DNA of 64,000 nucleotides from an uncultured Thermotogae bacterium (GTDB lineage Bacteria; Bipolaricaulota; Bipolaricaulia; UBA7950; UBA9294): NCBI GenBank assembly GCA_964523545.1, contig CAZFZM010000004.1, positions 395 to 64,394 of the forward strand, read 5' to 3'. Shown piece by piece: positions 38,942 to 46,127 of this stretch (position 1 is its first letter; each line of letters starts with the position of its first letter). The notes under the pieces were generated by a model. It saw only the letters and a program-made list of their open reading frames with translations, ran no database searches and was not told where the DNA came from. The position numbers and the translations under genes were made by a program.

Positions 38942-39532
38942 ATGATGACTCCGAGTGAGCTGATTGCCCGAGCAGAGAGGCTCCAGAGCGAAGCTCACGA
39001 GGTCCTTGCGGACCTCGGCTTGCTGTCGTTCCTCGCCAAGTACGGCAGACCCGAGATCGTCGGCAGTACAGCTCTGGGGTTGATGACACGGCGCGACATC
39101 GATATCGACGTGGTGGTCTCCGGTGAGATTCAAGATGAGGATGCCTGGGAAGCGGGCCGATACCTGCTCGCTCACTATGAGATCGCTCTCCTGCTCATGG
39201 CGGACGATCGTGGCAACGCTTCGCGGAAACGTCCGCCGAGTATGTACGTTGGGGCGAAGTACCGGAACAGGTGCGGAGACGTATGGAAGATCGACATTCG
39301 CTTTGTTCAGGAATGCGACGCGATGGCCCCTGCGCACGTCGAGAGAATCGGTGCCGGGTTGACCGCGGAGACCAAGCGCGCAATCCTGAGCATCAAGGAT
39401 GCCGTTGCTCAAGATCCTCGGTATGGGCAGGAATTCTCGGGCGTCGACGTTTACGAAGCTGTCCTGCATAACGGGGTTACGGATCCGGCAGGCTTCAGGA
39501 AGTACTTGATGGAATCCGGCATCGACCTCTAG
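38942..39532 (+). CDS. nucleotidyltransferase-fold (Pol beta superfamily) protein
   Basis: The motif hG[GS]x(9-13)DhD is present as IVGSTALGLMTRRDIDIDVVV. 196 aa. The start is taken at ATG 38942, not the 300-codon upstream extension of ORF 38033-39532, which overlaps leuCD. Confidence 0.55.
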   Translation: MMTPSELIARAERLQSEAHEVLADLGLLSFLAKYGRPEIVGSTALGLMTRRDIDIDVVVSGEIQDEDAWEAGRYLLAHYEIALLLMADDRGNASRKRPPSMYVGAKYRNRCGDVWKIDIRFVQECDAMAPAHVERIGAGLTAETKRAILSIKDAVAQDPRYGQEFSGVDVYEAVLHNGVTDPAGFRKYLMESGIDL

Positions 39533-39628
39533 GTTGCTTCGCTGGTGAAAGCCGAATCTGCCCAGCTCTGCACTCGCCAGGAACGCCTCGGCCTATCGAG
39601 GCCTTGCCACCAGAAGCTCTTGAGTCCC

Positions 39629-39871
39629 TCAAGGGCGCGGCTCTCGAATCCCGCTCGTCGAGCAGCCCGACTCCGGCGTCCCCCAGCCGGTGAGGATCCC
39701 TTCCTCGAGATAGAGGATCTCCTTCCCGTAGCGGGTCGTGTAGTACGACCACTCCTCATAGGACGGGTTCTCGTCGTCCGGGATCTCGACGCTTCGCGGC
39801 TCGCCGAGGGAGGCGAGGACCATCTCCTCCGTCATGCCGATCCAGATCTCCCCCTTGACCTGCCCCCCGTG
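39629..39871 (-). pseudogene. 5'-truncated SmpA/OmlA(BamE)-like lipoprotein gene remnant
   Basis: The frame is open only from the stop at 39872-74. It reads HGGQVKGEIWIGMTEEMVLASLGEPRSVEI...EWSYYTTRYGKEILYLEEGILTGWG, which lacks any signal peptide or lipobox. The only start is the internal ATG 39835. It abuts the low-GC region. Confidence 0.45.
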
Positions 39872-40057
39872 CTAGGTCCACTTTTAGAGTTAGTCTAAGC
39901 TGCCTTCGCTGATTCGTCGGACAAGAGTGTTTTCGTACACGCACGAAGTGCCTAGGCGTCGGCTCGCGCTCTCCGAGGCGGCAGCCAGGCAGGTAGTTTT
40001 AGCGAGAACAGATTACCAGTAAGGATCGACATATAGCAGAATATCATAACGAAGTGT

Positions 40058-40086
40058 TTGCACGACATGCACTCTTCATGTAAGAT
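40058..40086 (+). promoter_or_regulatory. strong sigma70-like promoter of the Cys-repeat gene
   Basis: TTGCAC-17 nt-TAAGAT in an AT-rich spacer (line 40021-40080 is about 40 percent GC by hand count). GGAGG at 40102-06 follows. Confidence 0.6.
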
Positions 40087-40114
40087 ATAGAATCCATTCG
40101 CGGAGGTGAGTGCC

Positions 40115-40627
40115 GTGCCGAGGAGGAAGCTGCGGTATTGGTGGACCATCGGCCTTGTCGTGTGTGTTATTGGGCTCATCGGAGTGTTCAATGCAATGAG
40201 TTCGGGAGAAGGAGATTCCGAGGAGGCTACTCCGCTGTTCGCAGTGAGAACAGCGGGGGCTACCGATCTGCAGGCCGTGGGTGTTGTGGAGTCCTATGTT
40301 CAGGATGTGGCCTTGCTCGAAGATGGATACGAGTGCTCACTGCAGGGTACGTGCGAAGACATCGAAGTCCATGTGTTAGTTACCGAATTGCCTGGGTGCA
40401 TCACACTGCAGGACACGTGTGACTGCGACACCCAGATCGGACCGACGTGTATGGGATTTCCTACCTGCTCTTCGACATGCCTTCCCACCTGTGGTGTGAC
40501 ATGCATTGAAACGTGTGGGAGCACTTGTCTGACGTGCAGCACCTGTGACACATGCTGGAACACCTGCGAGGCAACCTGCGCAAGTTGCGACCCGCCTTGC
40601 CCGATGTCCACGGGGTTCGGTTGGTAG
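40115..40627 (+). CDS. secreted/membrane-anchored protein with C-terminal (xxTC)n cysteine-repeat region
   Basis: GTG 40115 lies 8 nt after GGAGG; the track start 40106 overlaps the SD. Signal/anchor PRRKLRYWWTIGLVVCVIGLIGVFNA. The C-terminus PTCMGFPTCSSTCLPTCGVTCIETCGSTCLTCSTCDTCWNTCEATCASCDPPCP uses mixed synonymous codons for T and C. Confidence 0.65.
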   Translation: MPRRKLRYWWTIGLVVCVIGLIGVFNAMSSGEGDSEEATPLFAVRTAGATDLQAVGVVESYVQDVALLEDGYECSLQGTCEDIEVHVLVTELPGCITLQDTCDCDTQIGPTCMGFPTCSSTCLPTCGVTCIETCGSTCLTCSTCDTCWNTCEATCASCDPPCPMSTGFGW

Positions 40628-40639
40628 TCGCGGAGAGGT

Positions 40640-40690
40640 GAGGCTGCTGAAGCCGTTTGACTGCGCGGCATCAGCAGCCTCGTTTCTTTC
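40640..40690 (+). terminator. intrinsic terminator/attenuator 13 nt after the Cys-repeat gene
   Basis: GAGGCTGCTGA...TCAGCAGCCTC: an 11-bp perfect stem plus an inner 4-bp GCCG/CGGC extension, followed by GTTTCTTTC. Confidence 0.7.
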
Positions 40691-40860
40691 GAAGACCCAC
40701 ACCACGTGGACGCCGGACGGCGTGTCGATGGACGACCAGCGAGTGGTGCACCAGACAACTCGATGTCTGCGAGGCGCAATGAGGCATTTCTAATGCCATC
40801 AAGCAGTCGAGGAGCGAACTCCAGCTCTCTTGGGCGATTCTGGATCCAGCGGGGAGAACC

Positions 40861-43440
40861 ATGGTTGAGTCAGCCCCTAGCAGCGTGGAGCGGCGAGGCT
40901 CTATCCGTTCCGGGGAGAGCGGAGCCCCTGCTGGCACACGCGCTGATGGTGCGATCTTCCTGGCATGCCTACTGACTCTGTTTGCTTGGTTGGCTGGGGA
41001 TCTGGGTCCCGTCCTCAACGGATTCGCTCGCTTGGCGGCCTTCGGGGTGCTTGGCTTAGTGTGTGTGCGCCATTTCGGATGTCTTCTGAAAAAAACGCTA
41101 GAAGACCGCGCCGCGTTGTTCACGGCCAGTGCCTGTCTCTGCTGTCTTGGCCTGGGCGTCCTGTGGTTGCCTGGAGACTCTCTCATTTACCTCATCCCTG
41201 TACCGCTGGTTGCGCTGGGGCTGTGGTTGGTAAACCGCTCTTTCGCTGTCGCCGGCGCCCTTCTCAACGTCTCCGCTGCATCCTCTCTGGTGGTCCTTCT
41301 GAGGGTTCTCGAACGTCACTCACCCGCTGTCCGGAGAGGAATGGATGCGATCTCCATAACGCTCTCTGGTGCATTCACACAGTTCTTCGGATCTCCGTTT
41401 CGGCTTGGTACGGCTGTGAGCGGCACATGGATCCTGGTGCTGGGTGTCGGGGTGCTCTCGGTACATTGGCTGCACACGCGACGGAGCGGTCTCCGGGCGA
41501 TCCTCGGGTGTGCAGGCCTTCTCATTGGGCAGCAACTGTATTTCCTGGTCCTTAGATTCATCCCCGTCTTCCATTCCGAGATGGCGCTCGTTAATACAGC
41601 CGGGGTATACTTACTCATTGTTGTCGCCATTCTCATGGTTATCGTCCGCCATCCCCACATTCCGGCTCGAACGACCAGTATGCGAGCATATCCGGCCGGG
41701 ATTCTTCTTGGAGCTAGTGTGCTGTTTGTCTCGATGCTCCTCGCGCAGCTAAGCCTGCCTGAGAGGAACGCACATCCGTACAGGATTCTCATCGATGGTA
41801 GACAGGCCGCGATAAGTCTCTCCGTTCCGGAGTTCGAGGAGACGGAAGAAGGACTGCTGTACGGGCCGTTCCAGGGCGCATCAATCGGGAGTTTCGTCGA
41901 GTACTTAGGCGTGCTTGGTCATTCTGTCGACGTGCAAGGTAAGGAAGCAGCATCGGAATCGAACGGTGAGGATGCCGTATCTCAACAAGCTCTTCCGGCC
42001 GAAAGCCTTGCAGGTTATGACATCCTGGTCCTCATCAACCGTTCGGCTTCCATGAGTCAAGAGGAGCGGGACACCATTGCTGACTTCGTGGCAACCGGCG
42101 GCGGCCTGCTGGTCCTCGGAGACCACACGTCGATGTTCGTTGACCCGACCGACTTCGCAGTGGGGCGTGACTATCTCAATGAAGTCCTTGCATTCACCGG
42201 CATTCAGTTCCGAGTTGATTCAGCAGAACCCACGGGGATTGGGTGGAGGGGGAAGCTCGAGCTTTCGAGCTGGCCGCTAGACCTCTCGTGGTTCAATGCG
42301 ACCGAGGTTGGAATCTCTGTGGGTGCTTCGCTGACAACGTCAGGGACGGCAGCGCCGATTGTTACCGGAAGATATGCATTCTCGGACCAAGCCGATCCGG
42401 AAGCGCCGGGGTATCTGGGGAATCGCGAGTATGAGCTTGGAGAGCGCGTGGGCGATCTGACTTTGGTTGCGGCGCAGCAGTTCGAAGCGGGGAGAGTCGT
42501 CGTCTTTGGCGACACGAGCAGCTTTCAGTACCTCGCTATTTCTCGCACACATCAGTTTGTAGAGGCTGTGGTTTCGTGGCTGGTTTCAGATAGGCCTTCA
42601 CTCCAGGATGTCATGCACTGGTGCGGAGTCGCAGGACTTGCGCTTGGGGGCGTCTTGTTTCTCGTCCTCGCACGCCGATCACCTGGGAATCTCGTTGTGC
42701 TGTCGCTCGCGGTCCTGCTAGGCCTGACTGTCGGGTCGCTTGTTGATCCTTTCGTGTGGGGCTCACGGGAAGTAGAAGCCCTTGAGTCCGCCCTGCCATA
42801 CGCAATTATCGATACAGAACACAGTCCACTGGTCAGTGTAGGAGGCTATACCGAGGACTCGCTGGATGGCCTGGTCATCAATCTCAGAAGAAACGGGCTT
42901 GCCTCGTTCTTCGAACCGCTCTCTTCTCAGCTGACGCGGGAATCGGACATGATTGTCCTAGTCGCTCCCACAAGGCGCCTATCCGATCGAGTTGTCGTCG
43001 AGCTTCGCGAATACATGGAGCACGGCGGCCACGTTCTTGTGAGCGCGGGATACCGCTCGTGGACGCAGGTCTCGCCCTTGCTCTCCAAATTTGGGCTTCG
43101 AATTCGGAACCTCCCTCTCGGCCCGGTTCCCTACGTTGAGGAAAGTAGCGAAGAGGCCAGCGGGCCTCAGTTCTCAGATGCCTTCCCGATCATCTGGGAA
43201 GGCACTGCTACCGAGTCCCTGTACTCAGTCCAAATCGGTGATCAACGCTTTCATCTGGTCGTCCTCACGCCCGTAGGCAGCGGCGGACTCATCACCATAG
43301 CAGATGGCAGCTTCCTGCTCAACAAGAATCTGGAGCAGAGCGTTCATTCCGGCAGCACCGAGTGGAAGCACTGGCCAGGCAATGTCGCTTTCCTGCATTC
43401 ATTGTTCGAGTTGCTCCCAGACGCCACGGAGGAACCATGA
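40861..43440 (+). CDS. large polytopic membrane protein with two GldG/DUF4350-like soluble modules (paralog 1)
   Basis: 859 aa. About 8 N-terminal TM helices, then module 1 (YDILVLINRSASMSQEERDTIADFVATGGGLLVLGDHTSMF...GRVVVFGDTSSF), 2 TM helices, and module 2 (MIVLVAPTRRLSDRVVVELREYMEHGGHVLV). The family assignment is by motif recollection only. Confidence 0.8.
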   Translation: MVESAPSSVERRGSIRSGESGAPAGTRADGAIFLACLLTLFAWLAGDLGPVLNGFARLAAFGVLGLVCVRHFGCLLKKTLEDRAALFTASACLCCLGLGVLWLPGDSLIYLIPVPLVALGLWLVNRSFAVAGALLNVSAASSLVVLLRVLERHSPAVRRGMDAISITLSGAFTQFFGSPFRLGTAVSGTWILVLGVGVLSVHWLHTRRSGLRAILGCAGLLIGQQLYFLVLRFIPVFHSEMALVNTAGVYLLIVVAILMVIVRHPHIPARTTSMRAYPAGILLGASVLFVSMLLAQLSLPERNAHPYRILIDGRQAAISLSVPEFEETEEGLLYGPFQGASIGSFVEYLGVLGHSVDVQGKEAASESNGEDAVSQQALPAESLAGYDILVLINRSASMSQEERDTIADFVATGGGLLVLGDHTSMFVDPTDFAVGRDYLNEVLAFTGIQFRVDSAEPTGIGWRGKLELSSWPLDLSWFNATEVGISVGASLTTSGTAAPIVTGRYAFSDQADPEAPGYLGNREYELGERVGDLTLVAAQQFEAGRVVVFGDTSSFQYLAISRTHQFVEAVVSWLVSDRPSLQDVMHWCGVAGLALGGVLFLVLARRSPGNLVVLSLAVLLGLTVGSLVDPFVWGSREVEALESALPYAIIDTEHSPLVSVGGYTEDSLDGLVINLRRNGLASFFEPLSSQLTRESDMIVLVAPTRRLSDRVVVELREYMEHGGHVLVSAGYRSWTQVSPLLSKFGLRIRNLPLGPVPYVEESSEEASGPQFSDAFPIIWEGTATESLYSVQIGDQRFHLVVLTPVGSGGLITIADGSFLLNKNLEQSVHSGSTEWKHWPGNVAFLHSLFELLPDATEEP

Positions 43441-46043
43441 ACGCTTTGAGATGGCTCGCTCTTCTCTGCCTTTCCGTCAGCTGGCTGTTTCTTCTGCCAC
43501 TGTATGCTCCTCCTTCTCTGTGCATTGGGGTAGCACTCGTGCTCATCGCCATCGTCCTTCTCGCTGTGAGCATCGAGCCGAAACTAAATCAGCCTGGTGC
43601 TGCATCTTCACCGATCTGGCTCGCGGTTCCGTTGGTACCATCGTTGTTCTTTATCTCGTTCCCGCTGGTCATCGGGCCCGCAACGTTGCTAACCGGGATT
43701 CTGGTTTCGGCTGTATTCCGAAGGCCGCGGGAGAAAGAAGTGACGCGGAGGATTACGTCCGCCTTCTTGACGGTCGGCTGTGTGCTTGTTCTCCAAGCGG
43801 GCGCACTGCTGGTATACGCCGTTGTCTTCTCGCGGCTGCGGATGGTGCCAATGGCGTCGCACATTGTCGCAACGTTGTCAAGGCTCATCGGTTTGGAGAG
43901 CACCGTGTCAACCGGAACAATCTACCTATCCACTCACGAAGTCACGCTTCCCTTCATCCTTACGTGGGAAAAGCTTGGCATTCTCCCGCTCGGGCTGTTC
44001 CTGGTCGCGGGATTGGCGTTCATTGGCCGGCACGGATCCTCTGACGGTAGACGAGCAGGGAGGGCTTCTCTCTTCGTGCTGTTGCTTGCTGTTTACGGTC
44101 TACTCAGGTCGACGGCCCTGATGTATGCGTACTCAGTTACCCGCTCCCTCGACGTCTTCTGGAGACCGACATACGTTCTGTTCAGCCTGCTGCCACTTGC
44201 TCCGCTCCTAGGATGGCTTGGGCAGGCTCCGCAGGACTCCTCAATCCTGCAGACGCGCTTCTCGTGCTTCTCAAAGCGACATCTTCTGATTGGCATGGCG
44301 ACGGCACTGTGCGTGTTTTTCCTCGCGGGATCGAAGCTGTTTCAGGACCCAGGGACAAGCAAACCTGGGAGCATCCTCGTCGACGAGTTGCATAGCGATT
44401 GGGAGAAGACCTCACGCCCCTTGGACAAGGAGTGGTATGGGAATCTCTCGACCTACAACTACTACAGCATGTTCGAGTGGCTCGATCACTACTACGATGT
44501 CGATCGAAACGAAGAGGCGATACTAAGTACGCAGCTTCTGGAAGCTTACGATATTCTTATCGCTAAGTGCCCTACGAACGCATATTCGGAGGACGAGATT
44601 CGCGACGTCGGCGCCTTTGTTGAGAATGGAGGCGGCCTGTGGCTGATCGGAGACCACACGAATGTCTTCGGGATGAACACGTACCTCAATCAGCTGGGAC
44701 GGGAATTCGGGATCCACTTCAACAACGACTCGACCCACGAGCTTCTGACAAGGGGACTGTCGGTGTACCGACCGCCTCATCTGCTGGCCCATCCTGCTGT
44801 CAAGGATGTGGAGGAGTTCAAGTTCCTCACCTCCTGCAGTCTGGACGTACCATGGCGCGCGGAAGAGGTCATTCTTGGGCATGGACTGGGATCAAAACCG
44901 GGGGACTACAGCGACAAGGACTTCTTTCGGCAGATTACGTATGAGCTAGGGGATTCGGACTTCGGCGCCTTCATCCAGGCAGCAGCCGTCAAGCACGGGC
45001 AAGGCCGAGTTGTAGCGTTCACTGATAGCACGTGTTTTTCGAGCTTCTCGGTATTCATGGACGGGAACCCCGAGCTCATCTTGGGGACTGTGGAGTATCT
45101 GAATCGTGAGAATCGGCTTGCGTTTCTTAACCTTGCGTTCGGAATTCTCGGCGCTGCATTCGGTCTCTTTCTCGTCATCCTGTATCGTCAATCCCGCCCC
45201 CGAGCCTCTCTGGTGCTTCTCGTTGCATTTGGGCTTCTTGGGTTTGTCGCGGCTGCCGGCGCTTTTGCCCTGGTCCGTGACCGCGCTTACCCCCTACCCA
45301 TACCGCATACCGATCTAGCCCGGATTGCGTTCGACGAGGAGCATTCGTCCGCGATCGTCAGCTCGGCTCCTAACCTAGCCGTGAAACGCTACCGAACCTA
45401 CAACACGTTCTTCGTATGGACTCAACGACTGGAGCTTCACCCGTTCCAGGCTCAAAGCTTGGAAGACGCCCTGCCTGACTCGGAAGTCGTGGTCATTGTC
45501 AACCCTAACGTCTCCTTCACAGACCGAGAGAGGCAAGCGTTGGTGGAGTATGTCGAAGAAGGCGGGAGGCTTCTGTTGATGGATAGCCTCTTGAATACGT
45601 CCTCCACTGCGAACGAGATCGCGGCTCTGTTTGGCATGGGGATTCAGTGCAGGATCTGGTCTAGTAAGCTCACGCTTTCAGCAGAAGATGGTGGTTTCCC
45701 GGAGGTCGAGGTGGCTCCTGAAGCCATGCCGGGGGAGGGGGTTACCGCTTCAGAGACAGCTACTGAATCCCATTCCGCGGACGGGGAAATACCCCGCCCA
45801 GAACCGATGAGCGCATATGCCGATCTGTACATCTACGGAGGCACTCTCGTAGCAAGCTCTACAGAAGGTTCCGCCAAGATTGCCGTTGCGTGGCACGGAG
45901 ATGGGCTGGTTGCAGTCCTGGTCGATTCGGTTGTCTTCTCGGATGAGACGATGCTGGGAACAATGGCAGAGCCGGACGAGTTTCGTCTCGGCGTTTTCGA
46001 GTTGGAGTACACGCTCTTCGAAGACCTCTTGGGTGTAAGATGA
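43437..46043 (+). CDS. large polytopic membrane protein with two GldG/DUF4350-like soluble modules (paralog 2)
   Basis: ATGA overlap with the preceding stop. 868 aa with the same architecture: YDILIAKCPTNAYSEDEIRDVGAFVENGGGLWLIGDHTNVF...GRVVAFTDSTCF, 2 TM helices, then VVVIVNPNVSFTDRERQALVEYVEEGGRLLLM. Confidence 0.8.
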   Translation: MNALRWLALLCLSVSWLFLLPLYAPPSLCIGVALVLIAIVLLAVSIEPKLNQPGAASSPIWLAVPLVPSLFFISFPLVIGPATLLTGILVSAVFRRPREKEVTRRITSAFLTVGCVLVLQAGALLVYAVVFSRLRMVPMASHIVATLSRLIGLESTVSTGTIYLSTHEVTLPFILTWEKLGILPLGLFLVAGLAFIGRHGSSDGRRAGRASLFVLLLAVYGLLRSTALMYAYSVTRSLDVFWRPTYVLFSLLPLAPLLGWLGQAPQDSSILQTRFSCFSKRHLLIGMATALCVFFLAGSKLFQDPGTSKPGSILVDELHSDWEKTSRPLDKEWYGNLSTYNYYSMFEWLDHYYDVDRNEEAILSTQLLEAYDILIAKCPTNAYSEDEIRDVGAFVENGGGLWLIGDHTNVFGMNTYLNQLGREFGIHFNNDSTHELLTRGLSVYRPPHLLAHPAVKDVEEFKFLTSCSLDVPWRAEEVILGHGLGSKPGDYSDKDFFRQITYELGDSDFGAFIQAAAVKHGQGRVVAFTDSTCFSSFSVFMDGNPELILGTVEYLNRENRLAFLNLAFGILGAAFGLFLVILYRQSRPRASLVLLVAFGLLGFVAAAGAFALVRDRAYPLPIPHTDLARIAFDEEHSSAIVSSAPNLAVKRYRTYNTFFVWTQRLELHPFQAQSLEDALPDSEVVVIVNPNVSFTDRERQALVEYVEEGGRLLLMDSLLNTSSTANEIAALFGMGIQCRIWSSKLTLSAEDGGFPEVEVAPEAMPGEGVTASETATESHSADGEIPRPEPMSAYADLYIYGGTLVASSTEGSAKIAVAWHGDGLVAVLVDSVVFSDETMLGTMAEPDEFRLGVFELEYTLFEDLLGVR

Positions 46044-46127
46044 CGGGAGGCCAGCAAGTGGAACCACGAACTCGGCGTGGCGACTTGGGTTTGAGGCCGT
46101 CTTTGGACGCTTGAGGAAGGAAGCAAC

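Noticed and set aside
36126-39089. 987-aa minus-strand ORF antisense to citF, the HD gene and leuC/leuD
   Set aside because: Its composition is Arg-rich nonsense. It spans four well-supported + strand genes and has no recognisable motifs.
40115-40627. Calling the TC-repeat protein a bona fide TOMM, lanthipeptide or ranthipeptide precursor
   Set aside because: No YcaO/cyclodehydratase, LanB/C/M/KC/L or radical-SAM gene lies within the window. The protein also has a Sec-type signal peptide, which is unusual for such precursors. It is kept only as an open hypothesis.
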